Below, one piece after another: positions 47,208 through 60,204 of a stretch of DNA of 64,000 bases (positions are counted from its first letter, which is position 1; each line of letters begins with the position of its first letter). The position numbers and the translations under genes were made by a program. The notes beneath the pieces are model-generated. The model ran no database searches. It was not told the DNA's origin and saw only the letters and a program-made list of their open reading frames with translations. The DNA comes from an uncultured cyanobacterium. Its GTDB lineage: Bacteria > Cyanobacteriota > Cyanobacteriia > Cyanobacteriales > CAWCAG01. The stretch spans positions 1,525,178 through 1,589,177 of the forward strand of contig CAWCAG010000005.1 of NCBI GenBank assembly GCA_963793425.1. Direction: 5' to 3'.

Positions 47208-47221
47208 TCTGAGGGAAAAAG

Positions 47222-48742
47222 TTAAGCAGCAGCCAAGAAGGTTTGCTTATACTCTAAGATTGCTTCTTTAAGAAGACTTTCTGCTTCATCAGTCAATTTC
47301 TTCTCTGAAGCAATAATCTCAGTATATTTGCCCTTGCTATTATTCAAATAATCTCGCATACCCTGAGCAAAGTTAGGGACTTTCTCCGGTTCAATATCAT
47401 CAAGATAGCCATTTAAACCAGCGTAAACTACAGCCACCTGTTCTGCGACAGAAAGCGGATCATATTGGGGTTGTTTGAGGACTTGGCGCAGACGCTCTCC
47501 CCTAGCTAATTGTTGTTGGGTAGCTTCGTCAAGGTCAGAGGCAAATTGGGAGAAGGCTTCTAATTCAGCAAATTGAGCTAATTCTAACTTTAATTTACCA
47601 GCTACTTGCTTCATCGCTTTGGTTTGAGCGGCTGAACCAACCCTAGATACAGAAATACCCGCGTTAATAGCCGGACGGAAACCAGCGTTAAATAAATCCG
47701 AAGAGAGGAAGATTTGCCCGTCGGTAATAGAAATTACGTTGGTGGGAATGTAAGCGGAAACGTCCCCAGCTTGGGTTTCAATGATAGGCAGTGCTGTCAT
47801 GCTACCTTCTCCTAACTCGTTACTGAGCTTCGCTGCTCTTTCTAGTAAGCGAGAGTGGAGGTAAAATACATCCCCTGGGTAAGCTTCCCTTCCTGGTGGG
47901 CGACGTAGTAACAAAGACATCTGGCGGTAAGCTTGGGCTTGTTTAGAAAGGTCATCATAAACAACCAAAGTTGCCTTACCGTTGTACATAAAGTACTCAG
48001 CAATAGCGGCTCCGGTGTAGGGGGCTAGGTATTGTAGAGTTGCCGGATCGTTGGCATTTGCTGCCACAACCACGGTATAATCTAAAGCCCCTCTTTCTTC
48101 CAGCACCCCAGCTACTTGAGCTACGGTAGAAGCTTTTTGACCAATAGCTACATAAACACAAATAACATCTTCTCCTTTTTGGTTGAGAATTGTGTCTACT
48201 GCTACTGCTGTTTTACCTGTTTGTCTGTCACCAATAATTAATTCTCGCTGTCCTCTACCAACAGGAATCATCGCGTCGATGGCGGTAATGCCTGTTTGCA
48301 TTGGTTCGTAGACAGAACGACGTTCAATAATACCAGGAGCAGAGGATTCAATCAGGCGACTATCGGTAGCATTGATATCTCCTTTGCCATCAAGGGGGCG
48401 AGCTAAAGAATCAACTACCCGACCAATTATGGCTTCTCCTACAGGAATTTGGGCAATTTTCCCGGTCGCTTTAACAGAGCTACCTTCTTGAATGTCGCGA
48501 CCATTACCCATTAATACTGCGCCGACATTATCTTCTTCTAAGTTAAGAGCAATGCCGATAGTACCATCTTCAAATTCAAGTAATTCCCCTGCCATCGCTT
48601 TTTCTAAGCCATAGATACGGGCAATACCATCACCAATTTGTAGAACTGTTCCTACATTGGCAACTTGAACTTCTTGGTCATAGCCTTCAATTTGTTGGCG
48701 AATAATATTACTAATTTCGTCTGGTCTAATGCTGGCAACCAT
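47222..48742 (-). CDS. atpA: ATP synthase F1 alpha subunit
   Basis: 506-aa ORF: [18 protein letters not shown] Walker A, and the characteristic alpha C-terminus. Confidence 0.98.
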   Translation of the reverse strand: MVASIRPDEISNIIRQQIEGYDQEVQVANVGTVLQIGDGIARIYGLEKAMAGELLEFEDGTIGIALNLEEDNVGAVLMGNGRDIQEGSSVKATGKIAQIPVGEAIIGRVVDSLARPLDGKGDINATDSRLIESSAPGIIERRSVYEPMQTGITAIDAMIPVGRGQRELIIGDRQTGKTAVAVDTILNQKGEDVICVYVAIGQKASTVAQVAGVLEERGALDYTVVVAANANDPATLQYLAPYTGAAIAEYFMYNGKATLVVYDDLSKQAQAYRQMSLLLRRPPGREAYPGDVFYLHSRLLERAAKLSNELGEGSMTALPIIETQAGDVSAYIPTNVISITDGQIFLSSDLFNAGFRPAINAGISVSRVGSAAQTKAMKQVAGKLKLELAQFAELEAFSQFASDLDEATQQQLARGERLRQVLKQPQYDPLSVAEQVAVVYAGLNGYLDDIEPEKVPNFAQGMRDYLNNSKGKYTEIIASEKKLTDEAESLLKEAILEYKQTFLAAA

Positions 48743-48812
48743 TTTTTTAGTTAATAACTTACTTGTTTGTGGTTAATTTATTTGTCATTGCTCTTGAGGA
48801 GACAATAACGAT

Positions 48813-49370
48813 TTAGTTAGGACTAGTTAAGCGCATACTAATACGACGCAACTGCCCTCGAAGACTGGCATCAAGAACTTGGGAACCCACTTTAATAATT
48901 ACCCCACCAATTAAGCTAGGGTCAATTTCCGTTTGTAGTTCTACAGAATCAGCACTAGTCATATTTTTAACTTTGTCAGTGACAGCATTTTTTTGCTCTT
49001 CGTTTAATTCCGCCGCCGAGGTTACTGTAGCTAAGACAGTTCCTTTAAGCTGGCGTAATTTTTCTAAGTATTGCTGACAAATCTCTTCTAAAAAGACGAT
49101 GCGTTTACGGTCTATAAGCAGCATCAAAAAGCTTTTGAGGTAGTTGTTAGTATCTTCCCCCAAAACTTGATTTAAGACCGCTTTTTTATTATCTTCTTTA
49201 ACAACCGGATTGCTTAAAAACCCATTTAATTCTGATGATTCTTTAAGTAAGTTTTCTAAAGCTTTAATATCTTCCCCTAAGCTATCGACAAGATCATTAT
49301 CTTTGGCTAGGGCCATCAAAGCTTCTGCATAAGGCTCAACAATTTTAGAGCTTAGTAAGCTGTTTTTCAT
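48813..49370 (-). CDS. atpD: ATP synthase F1 delta subunit (OSCP)
   Basis: 185-aa ORF in the operon position between b and alpha: IVEPYAEALMALA ... LIGGVIIKVGSQVLDASLRGQL. Confidence 0.93.
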   Translation of the reverse strand: MKNSLLSSKIVEPYAEALMALAKDNDLVDSLGEDIKALENLLKESSELNGFLSNPVVKEDNKKAVLNQVLGEDTNNYLKSFLMLLIDRKRIVFLEEICQQYLEKLRQLKGTVLATVTSAAELNEEQKNAVTDKVKNMTSADSVELQTEIDPSLIGGVIIKVGSQVLDASLRGQLRRISMRLTSPN

Positions 49371-49921
49371 TAACTACCTCCTAGTTGAGCAATGCTACGG
49401 TCAATTAGTTTATGCTGGAGAGAATCGTCATCGAGACGTTCTCTTAACTGTGACTCAACTCGCTCAACGGCTAAAGCAGCAACTTGCTGTTTTAACTGAT
49501 CAATTGCCTTATCTCTTTCTGTGTTGACATCTTGAATCGCACCTTCTTTAATGCGCTCTACATCAACTTTAGCCTGAGCTAAGATACTTTCCTTGGCTTT
49601 TTTTGCACTTTCCTCTGCTGCTGCTTTAATGCGCTCTACTTCTGCTTGAGCCTGAGCTAATTTCTGCTGAGCATCAGCTAAAGCTGCGGCTGCTTCCTTG
49701 GCTTTGGTTTCTGCTTCAGTGATTTCCGACTCTATTTCTGAGCGTCTTTCACTGAGAATGTTGCCTAAGAATTTACGACCAAAGAAATATAATACCCCGA
49801 TAATAATTGCGAGGTTGAGCAAGTTAGTCTCTAAAATATCGAAATTCAGACCAAAGCTTTCTTCTGAGGCGACTTCTGCCGCCGCAGTAGCTAGGTATGA
49901 AAAATTCCCCATAATACCCAT
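49370..49921 (-). CDS. atpF: ATP synthase F0 subunit b
   Basis: 183-aa ORF with a single N-terminal TM followed by a long Ala/Glu/Lys helix. Its TAA overlaps the atpD ATG by 1 nt (TAATG). Confidence 0.9.
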   Translation of the reverse strand: MGIMGNFSYLATAAAEVASEESFGLNFDILETNLLNLAIIIGVLYFFGRKFLGNILSERRSEIESEITEAETKAKEAAAALADAQQKLAQAQAEVERIKAAAEESAKKAKESILAQAKVDVERIKEGAIQDVNTERDKAIDQLKQQVAALAVERVESQLRERLDDDSLQHKLIDRSIAQLGGS

Positions 49922-49981
49922 CTACCCCTGCACTTGTGATTACTTTAATAAATTTAGGTCTGTGTTAGCTAAGCCAATTGA

Positions 49982-50473
49982 CTAACTAACTAATTCAGGT
50001 GTTAACAGCTTTTCTAAGATTTGGCGACTTAAAGCGTCTACATCTTGTTCTAGGGTTTGCAATGCCTCTGCTTTTTGAGCTTGAATCTCTTGAGCAGCTT
50101 GTTCCCTTTCAGCTTGCACTGCCTGCTGTGCCTCTTGAATTTGTTTTGCCGCTACTTTTTGAGCCTCTTCTTGAGTAGAGGCAATATTTTCTTGAGATTT
50201 GCGACGCACGTCTCTTAACTCTTGCTCATACTGTTGAGTGAGAGTTTTGATTTTTCCTTGTCGCTCTCCTGCCTCTGATAATTTTTTGCGTATATAATCA
50301 GCCCGGCTATCAATTGCTTGCCCTAAAGGTTTATAAAAAACGACATTGAGCAAGGCTACTAAAATTAGGAACTGTACTGCCATGAGAGGTAAAGTGGCAT
50401 CAAAATCAAAAAGCCCCCCTTCCGCCGTTGTTTCAACGGCTTCAGCAGCCAGTAAAGTTGTCCAATATATCAT
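49982..50473 (-). CDS. atpG: ATP synthase F0 subunit b'
   Basis: 163-aa ORF, the second b-type subunit ([25 protein letters not shown]). Its presence is specific to cyanobacteria and chloroplasts. Confidence 0.9.
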   Translation of the reverse strand: MIYWTTLLAAEAVETTAEGGLFDFDATLPLMAVQFLILVALLNVVFYKPLGQAIDSRADYIRKKLSEAGERQGKIKTLTQQYEQELRDVRRKSQENIASTQEEAQKVAAKQIQEAQQAVQAEREQAAQEIQAQKAEALQTLEQDVDALSRQILEKLLTPELVS

Positions 50474-50506
50474 TATCCCTTAGTTTTTGCTTCAAGCTGT
50501 ATAATA

Positions 50507-50561
50507 AGCGGTCACTTGATTTGCTAGTGAGTTGATATATCTCTGAAATCAAATGACCGCT
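50507..50561 (-). promoter_or_regulatory. strong intra-operon stem-loop immediately downstream of atpH
   Basis: agcggtcacttgattt (50507-50522) pairs with aaatcaaatgaccgct (50546-50561), 15 of 16 pairs, with a 23-nt loop. It begins 10 nt after the atpH stop and ends 33 nt before the atpG start. Confidence 0.7.
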
Positions 50562-50571
50562 GAGTAACGAT

Positions 50572-50832
<261 letters not shown>

Positions 50833-50929
50833 TTAATGAACTAAAACAATGAGTAAATCTCTGGAAATTTTTACTTCAATGAGTAAAATCACCAAGATTA
50901 TGAGAATAAAGATTTAACGGAGAAACTAC

Positions 50930-51685
50930 CTAATCGTGTTCCTCTCCCCCATGGCCTTCCATTGCTTCTCCAATGTAAGCAGCAGCGAGGGTGGCGAAAA
51001 TCAGTGCTTGAATGGCACTAGTAAATAGTCCTAAAGCCATTACTGGTAAAGGAATAAATAAAGGTACTAAGAGTACTAAAACTGCTACTACTAGCTCGTC
51101 TGCGAGGATGTTACCAAACAGACGGAAACTTAAAGATAAAGGCTTAGTAAAATCTTCCAAAATATTAATTGGCAACAGTATTGGCGTTGGCTCAATATAT
51201 TTGGCGAGATAACCCAAACCTCGCTTTTTAAAACCAGCGTAGAAATAAGCTAAAGAAGTAAGTAGAGCTAAGGCTACAGTGGTGTTGATGTCGTTGGTAG
51301 GAGCAGCTAATTCCCCTCCTGGTAGCTCAATTAGTTTCCAAGGTACTAAGGCCCCTAACCAGTTGGCTACAAAAATAAATAAGAATAAAGTTCCTACGAA
51401 CGGAACCCAAGGGCGATACTCTTTTTCGCCAATCTGGTTTTTAGCCAGATCCCGCAGAAATTCCAAAGCATATTCCATAAAGTTTTGGAAACCTTGAGGG
51501 ATTCTTTGGATATTCCTTGTGGCAGCCAATGAAGCAATTAATAGGAGGCCAATTACAATCCAGGAGGTGAGAAATACCTGACCGTGGACTTTTAAATTGC
51601 CGATTTCCCAATAAAAATGCTTGCCGACTTCTAATTCAGCGAGGGGGAAAGAATTGAGAATACTCCAACTATCTAAAATTTGCAT
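50930..51685 (-). CDS. atpI: ATP synthase F0 subunit a
   Basis: 251-aa ORF: [16 protein letters not shown] (essential Arg motif), with five TM helices. Confidence 0.97.
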   Translation of the reverse strand: MQILDSWSILNSFPLAELEVGKHFYWEIGNLKVHGQVFLTSWIVIGLLLIASLAATRNIQRIPQGFQNFMEYALEFLRDLAKNQIGEKEYRPWVPFVGTLFLFIFVANWLGALVPWKLIELPGGELAAPTNDINTTVALALLTSLAYFYAGFKKRGLGYLAKYIEPTPILLPINILEDFTKPLSLSFRLFGNILADELVVAVLVLLVPLFIPLPVMALGLFTSAIQALIFATLAAAYIGEAMEGHGGEEHD

Positions 51686-51775
51686 TCTTGTGAACTTGTT
51701 TCCCCAGATATCAAAACGTTTGTATCAAGGATTTCTTTAGTAACCGCATGATTAAGCTTTATAAGCAACTGCTTT

Positions 51776-52198
51776 TTACTTCTGCTCTGGCAAAAGTGTT
51801 GTTTGCAGTACATAGGCGATAATTGCGGCTTTATAGGTCATAAATCCAAGAAAGATGGGTAGAACCTGTAGTTGTTGCCACTGGGTAGCAACGACGATTA
51901 GCCCAATGAAAAGCGCTATTCGGCTAGAACCAAGACGCTGTGAGCCTCCTGATCCTATTCTCTCAACTTTTTTGCCCAATAGCCTTAAATAAACTACCCC
52001 GACACAAGCTCCAATTAAGTAATTTAGAGCGATGTTTAAGGAGTAAAAGTACCAGACAAATAAGCAAATAATTCCGGTAAAACCTAGAGTTATTAGCAGT
52101 AATGTCTGTAGCAGTCGATAATACTCTCGCATGGAATTTGCTGAGATATCATCTTCTGGGGCTGAGTTTGTTTCGAGAGTTTGATTAGACGGATTCAC
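51776..52198 (-). CDS. atp1: ATP synthase protein I (atp1 / gene 1)
   Basis: 140-aa hydrophobic ORF at the 5' end of the atp operon, the standard position of atp1 in cyanobacteria. Confidence 0.8.
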   Translation of the reverse strand: MNPSNQTLETNSAPEDDISANSMREYYRLLQTLLLITLGFTGIICLFVWYFYSLNIALNYLIGACVGVVYLRLLGKKVERIGSGGSQRLGSSRIALFIGLIVVATQWQQLQVLPIFLGFMTYKAAIIAYVLQTTLLPEQK

Positions 52199-52332
52199 GC
52201 TCTATTTGCGCTTAGGCTAGTCCAGATTTTACGGCTCGATTAGAACACGAACCAGCAGCAATAATATCACGATATAGTGACAATTCTTAAATATTTGTGA
52301 AATAAAAGTTACGAGTTTAGGGGGGTTGCTAG

Positions 52333-53508
52333 TTAAATACCAAGAAGAACGAGTTGTCTTTTTTGAAGCGATCGCACTCCTTCTAAGCTTAGGGAGACTT
52401 GGCTTAAGATGTCTTCGACACTTTTATTTTCATCACAGCCTTGAAGAAATTCAAATTCCTCGGCTGATAATTGTGCCATTTGGTAGTTGTGGTTAAGGAT
52501 GTTTTGGCTAGGCCAACCATTCATACAGGGGTTTCTTTGGGGGATGACTGATTTGAGTAAAGAGTCATTAGACCAATCTACTTTTTCTAAGGGGGATTTA
52601 GCTAAGAAAAATTCGTAGTGAGTAATTTCGGGGTCTAACCTCTCAATCAATTGATAGCGCTCCATAGCACTTAATTTTTCTGCCCTAGCCATCAAATCAG
52701 GGGATTTCCCTAACAATCTCTCTAAGTCCCAATATTCAGGGTTAGAAAAGCCAACAAACTCTAAATCAGAAGCTTCGATCAATTCAAAAAGGTTTTCTAA
52801 GCGATAATCTGTTTCTTGGGGATGAAGGTACATATCAGCAAAACATTCATCTTTGAAGTTTTCCATGGCCCAGCGTTCTTTTTCTCGCTGCACTAAACGA
52901 TTATTTTCCGGCAGGTTGGCAAAAACTTCTCGCCCAACCTGAACTCCATCCTGATAATCTCCTTTTTTATTCCCTTGAAGCAAGGTGATCGCTTCTTGCA
53001 TTAAGGTGATTTCCCAACGTCCTAACTCAGCGTAAACAAAGATATGTAACAAGCCGCCGGGGGCTAATTTTCGAGCGATCGCCGCAATACCTTTATGAGG
53101 GTCTGGCAGATGGTGTAAAACCCCCACGCAATTAATCAACTCAAATTCCCCTGGTAGTTGAGTCGCATCTTCAAGATTAAGCTGCTGAAATTCTACTCCT
53201 TTAGTTCCGGAACGACGACAGCGCTCTTTCGCCACAGCTAAAGCTCCTTCACTTAAGTCTATGGCAACTACCTCCGCTTCTGGATTGAGGTGAACCAGGT
53301 ACTCCGTACCAACACCCGTACCGCAACCTGCATCTAAAATGCGAATTTTAGAATGATCAGGCTTACGTCCTGCACAAAAGTTATAGGCAGTTAACCACTT
53401 CCAGCGCCAGTTATAACCAGGAGGTGGTTCATCGATTAAAGGGTCAGGGGGAAAAGGATAAGTGTCGTAAAGTTTCTTAACCGCCTCGCGCTGAGTAGTT
53501 TCATTCAT
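52333..53508 (-). CDS. class I SAM-dependent methyltransferase with C-terminal extension
   Basis: 391-aa ORF: ILDAGCGTGVGTEYL (motif I), VVAIDLSEGAL, INCVGVLHHL. About 190 aa of unassigned C-terminal sequence. Confidence 0.85.
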   Translation of the reverse strand: MNETTQREAVKKLYDTYPFPPDPLIDEPPPGYNWRWKWLTAYNFCAGRKPDHSKIRILDAGCGTGVGTEYLVHLNPEAEVVAIDLSEGALAVAKERCRRSGTKGVEFQQLNLEDATQLPGEFELINCVGVLHHLPDPHKGIAAIARKLAPGGLLHIFVYAELGRWEITLMQEAITLLQGNKKGDYQDGVQVGREVFANLPENNRLVQREKERWAMENFKDECFADMYLHPQETDYRLENLFELIEASDLEFVGFSNPEYWDLERLLGKSPDLMARAEKLSAMERYQLIERLDPEITHYEFFLAKSPLEKVDWSNDSLLKSVIPQRNPCMNGWPSQNILNHNYQMAQLSAEEFEFLQGCDENKSVEDILSQVSLSLEGVRSLQKRQLVLLGI

Positions 53509-53752
53509 TGGTTAAATTAGATAGTGAAGAGTGGGCAGTAGAAAGTAGGGAGCTAGTAGTAAAAGTTTATTAAGTCTGAACCATATATTTTTAGCGATAA
53601 GTAATTTTTCTACCCAATAAACAACATACTTCTTAACAAAGCCCCTCAGTAAGCACGAAAAGTTTTAATCTAAAAGCTGACTACAGTGCTGACTTAAACA
53701 TTAAACATATCGTTTTTAGCAAATTGTCCGGAGAATTTCTCTTCCTTCATAA

Positions 53753-56566
<2,814 letters not shown>

Positions 56567-56592
56567 TTTGTAATCTTTAAGCTTTGAATTAG

Positions 56593-56629
56593 AAATAGGG
56601 ACGAAGTTTATTCTTCGTCCCTATTTTTT
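56593..56629 (+). terminator. rho-independent terminator of apcE
   Basis: aaatagggacgaag (56593-56606) / cttcgtccctattt (56613-56626), a perfect stem with loop tttatt, followed by a T-run. Confidence 0.9.
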
Positions 56630-57041
56630 AAGGTAGAGGTGTTCCTGGTATTGCTATATATGATAAGTTTTAGTTGGGTTAAGCTAGCTTAGCTATTAAA
56701 TATCTTGAATTTACATAACTTCAACTTTACAAATGTCAAGCCCAAAAATTTGCTTTAAATGACGCATTTGTGTGGTTTTATGGGATAATTGAAAAAATCA
56801 TACTAGTATTTTTGTGGTCAAAAATAAAAGTAAAACGCTACAAGCTCGCTAAATCGTTGGTAAAGTCAATATTTACTCTCAAAATTTTATCTTTTTGAAG
56901 TGTATGAATGCACAAATTTTGAGAGGATTTTAAAAGTTTTTTTGACAAAAATGGCAACTTAATGTATGAAGTACCTTTTTCTTATAGTAGTTTGAAAGTT
57001 TCAGAAGAAGCAACAATAATCTCTATCGATTCTCAACTCAT

Positions 57042-57221
57042 CTAATCAACTACTTGTAAAATTCCATGACGTACACCGTAGAAAACTCTTTCAATTAAAG
57101 TTTTGTCTTCATCCGGCAGATTATCTTCATGCAACAAAGAAGACATTAACTGCTTTTCGGGGAGGGAAATACGGCGAGAAGATAAAACTCTGGCAACTAA
57201 TTCTTGGATATCAATTCTCAT
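57042..57221 (-). CDS. small hypothetical protein (59 aa)
   Basis: Below the track cutoff. Minus-strand ATG at 57221: MRIDIQELVARVLSSRRISLPEKQLMSSLLHEDNLPDEDKTLIERVFYGVRHGILQVVD, stop at 57044-57042. It has protein-like amphipathic helices and resembles, from memory, small conserved cyanobacterial ORFs ending ...RVF..V R.G.L.VVD. Confidence 0.45.
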   Translation of the reverse strand: MRIDIQELVARVLSSRRISLPEKQLMSSLLHEDNLPDEDKTLIERVFYGVRHGILQVVD

Positions 57222-57421
57222 TTTGTTTAGCTTGTTTGTTTGTCATTTACTACTATCTACTTTTTGCCGTTACATATCCGCGATCGCAACTACGTATTCT
57301 AGGTGACAATTTTCTTGAATATCTGTGATTTAGATCGCTGTTTCCTTTGATGCCTCAATAATTTTCCTCTTGTTAGTATTAACAATTACTTGCTTTTATT
57401 TAATAAGCCTAAGTAAGGAAA

Positions 57422-58582
57422 TCAAACTTTAATAAACCAACGTTGACGATACATAAAATAGAGAATTAACCACCAAAATGCTACGCTAACCAAGGCAAAT
57501 AACAAAGAGCCATTAATTTCTCCTGCCCAAGAAGCAAAGAAAGTTTCATAAATCCAAGCATAGGTAGTTGGTGCATCTTCTCCAGAACCAACATTAGTAC
57601 GGTAGAGAATGCGAACGATAAAACCAGAGAGAACAAAAATAAAAATTGCATTCATTCCCATAACTTTAAAAGGAAAACTCCAGGAACGAATATTTCTCAC
57701 TTCAATTAATTCATAGCAAGCTGCGAGTAGAAGTGAAGCCCAACCTGCGCTATATAAAACATAAGAACTAGTCCATAATTGTTTATTGAGAGGAAAAACT
57801 AATCCCCAAAACCAGCCTATAAATAAGGCAGCAATACCAAATAGCACTAAACCAATAGTAGTGCGAGATTTAATGGGTTGATGACGTATCCAATCTCCAG
57901 CAAAGTAGCCTAACCAAACTGTTACGATAGCAGGGAGAGTACTAAATAGTCCTTCAGGATCAAAACCATTGATATAGAGATGTTTTGTACCTAGAACCAG
58001 GCGATCAATATAAGTAGCTAAGTTCCCTTCCAAACTCAAATTTCCTGCACCATAATTGGGTACAGGAATTAGCATCATTGCCCCCCAATAGCCTAAAAGA
58101 ATTACCCCTGATAAAATCCACAGAGCCTTTTTGTTTAAATTTAGTACAGCGATTCCAGCGAAGAAGTAAGCTAAACTAATACGCTGTAAAACCCCCATAA
58201 TACGCAGGTTGGCTAACTCGCTAAGGGATTCTCCTTTAAAAAGAGCATTCATGACTAAAGAAGAAGCATTAAGAAACAAACCTAAAGCAAAAAGAATTAA
58301 ACAACGTTTCAAGAGGCGCAAGTAGACTTCTTGAGGCGGTTTTTCCTCTTTAATGTATTTAGCTAAGGAAAATGCTATTGATGTTCCAGCGATGAAAAGA
58401 AAGGCAGGAAAGACAAAATCTGTAGGGGTAAAACCATGCCATTCTGCATGAAGCAAAGGGGCATAAACGTGTTCCCAACTGCCGGGATTATTAACCAAAA
58501 TCATCCCCGCGATCGCCATACCTCGAAAAACATCAATTGAGGTGAGGCGTTGGGTTTTTTGGAGGTTTGACTTATCATTCAT
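57422..58582 (-). CDS. acyltransferase-like membrane protein (DUF1624/DUF5009, heparan-alpha-glucosaminide N-acetyltransferase-like)
   Basis: 386-aa ORF: RLTSIDVFRGMAIAGMILVNNPGSW, with ~10 TM helices. Confidence 0.8.
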   Translation of the reverse strand: MNDKSNLQKTQRLTSIDVFRGMAIAGMILVNNPGSWEHVYAPLLHAEWHGFTPTDFVFPAFLFIAGTSIAFSLAKYIKEEKPPQEVYLRLLKRCLILFALGLFLNASSLVMNALFKGESLSELANLRIMGVLQRISLAYFFAGIAVLNLNKKALWILSGVILLGYWGAMMLIPVPNYGAGNLSLEGNLATYIDRLVLGTKHLYINGFDPEGLFSTLPAIVTVWLGYFAGDWIRHQPIKSRTTIGLVLFGIAALFIGWFWGLVFPLNKQLWTSSYVLYSAGWASLLLAACYELIEVRNIRSWSFPFKVMGMNAIFIFVLSGFIVRILYRTNVGSGEDAPTTYAWIYETFFASWAGEINGSLLFALVSVAFWWLILYFMYRQRWFIKV

Positions 58583-58630
58583 GCTAAAAGTTGCTTCTGA
58601 ATAAGCTACATACTAACTCTCTAGTTGATA

Positions 58631-58929
58631 ATGAGTAAGTTTCGTAGCAAAAAACAAGCTTTTGGACATCCAGGTATTGAATCTCGTTGGACTCATGGTA
58701 GCAAGCAAGGAATCGGTACAGCTTATTCCATTTTTAGTAATGCTTGGCTTACATTGGTCAAAGGATGGAGGGGAAAATAAAACAAGAAACCTAAGCAACA
58801 GCCACATCTTTGGAGATTTATTATGTTGATATTGCGATCGCAGCAGATTGGCAAGGGCATATTTCCTTTACTTTCTTAGATTTACCTGGGGGAGAAGAAG
58901 AAAGTTATTCTGTAGCGATCGCCGTTTAA
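58631..58929 (+). pseudogene. remnant of a GH15 glucoamylase-type gene (N-terminal ~42 codons and a probable C-terminal ~40 codons; interior deleted)
   Basis: 58631-58780 encodes MSKFRSKKQAFGHPGIESRWTHGSKQGIGTAYSIFSNAWLTL..., which matches the N-terminal signature (AFG-PGI-PRWT...K-G-GTAY...W-TL) of bacterial glucoamylases as I remember it, then stops after 49 codons. A second frame (58795-58929) ends ...LEIYYVDIAIAADWQGHISFTFLDLPGGEEESYSVAIAV*. Confidence 0.55.
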
Positions 58930-58963
58930 TTAAGAAAATCCCAAGATAAAGATTTATCCAAAA

Positions 58964-59005
58964 GCTAGTTGCTAGTTGCTAGTTGCTAGTTGCTAGTTGC
59001 TAAAA
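58964..59005. repeat. 7-nt tandem array (GCTAGTT)x5 plus a variant
   Basis: Identical unit and copy number to 46096-46137. Confidence 0.95.
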
Positions 59006-59043
59006 TCTCAGACTTCAAAGGATATTTTGTTTTTTGGAATGTT

Positions 59044-59979
59044 CTAAGAGCCTCTTAACTCCTTTAATTTCCTATCAGCTACCTCTTGCTCATACTTAAT
59101 TGCTTTAATACGAGAAGGAGGTAATTGTTGTTCATTAGCTAAAGCAGTTTCAAAATCTTCAAGAGCTTTTTCTAACAAAGAGATATCTTGCTTATTTTTC
59201 CCTAATTTATAAAAGATTTGTCCGCGCAAATAAACAACCTCTCGATTATCAGGTATCGCTTTTAAAGATTGCTCAACATAACCTAAGCCTTTCTCATAAT
59301 ATTCAATTGCTTTGGCAGGATTGTCATCTTCCTTTTTATTACCTAAATCACGATAAGCAACAGCAATACCATGATTAACTAAAAATTCTGGTGCGGCTTT
59401 ATTTTTAAACTTATCTATAGCTTGTTCGGCATTAGAAAATGGTAAATTAACTGCCAGCAAAAGTTCCATATAACCCTTCAACATATTCATTTCTGGATCG
59501 TTGGGGTCAATTGCTTCTGCTTTATCGAGGTATTCAAAGACTTTTTGTAACTTAGTTACAGCGCCAATCGGACCATCATTTTTATATTGATAGGCTCCTT
59601 CTAAAAAATGCCCCACAGCTAAATAAAGATTGCCTCGTAGAGAATCTTCATCTGTATCTACTAAATTATCTGCTGCTTGGATAGTTTTACTAGCATAACT
59701 ATTCATAGTAGATAAGTCTTCGTTCATAAAAGCTAAAGCAGCTCTTAAAGCATAAACTAAAGGCTCATCAGGATCACTTTTTTCAGCTTCTTGTAAATCT
59801 TGAATTGCTTCTTGATATTTCCCTTCTCGAAACAAAGTATCAAAAGCTTCCTCTGTCTCATCTCCCATATTATAAGGGTTACCAGGGCGGAAAGGATCTC
59901 CTGCTGAGACTGGATTACTAAAAAGGGTGAGAGCGACAATTAAAGAACTAGCAAATGTAAAAGATTTTCGTGTGGACAT
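59044..59979 (-). CDS. TPR-repeat protein, secreted
   Basis: 311-aa ORF with a signal peptide (…FSNPVSA) and several 34-aa TPR-like repeats (YQEAIQDLQEAEKSDPDEP, AIEYYEKGLGYVEQSLKAIPDN...). Confidence 0.85.
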   Translation of the reverse strand: MSTRKSFTFASSLIVALTLFSNPVSAGDPFRPGNPYNMGDETEEAFDTLFREGKYQEAIQDLQEAEKSDPDEPLVYALRAALAFMNEDLSTMNSYASKTIQAADNLVDTDEDSLRGNLYLAVGHFLEGAYQYKNDGPIGAVTKLQKVFEYLDKAEAIDPNDPEMNMLKGYMELLLAVNLPFSNAEQAIDKFKNKAAPEFLVNHGIAVAYRDLGNKKEDDNPAKAIEYYEKGLGYVEQSLKAIPDNREVVYLRGQIFYKLGKNKQDISLLEKALEDFETALANEQQLPPSRIKAIKYEQEVADRKLKELRGS

Positions 59980-60204
59980 AATTGATTTGTTTCGTAAGTT
60001 AATTAGTTGAAGAAATTAGTTAAAAAGGTAAATTATCAGCATTTTTTCTGCTCTTTAGCTAAGAAAACAGATTACCTCCCTATTTTAGTTAATTTCCTAC
60101 AGGATTTGACGCAACCCTCAATCTGCTAGTTCCAAAGGCATTTACCTTACCAAAAGCATATTCAATTGTGTTAATTTGTACGAATTGCCGTCGCCCTAGG
60201 CTTA

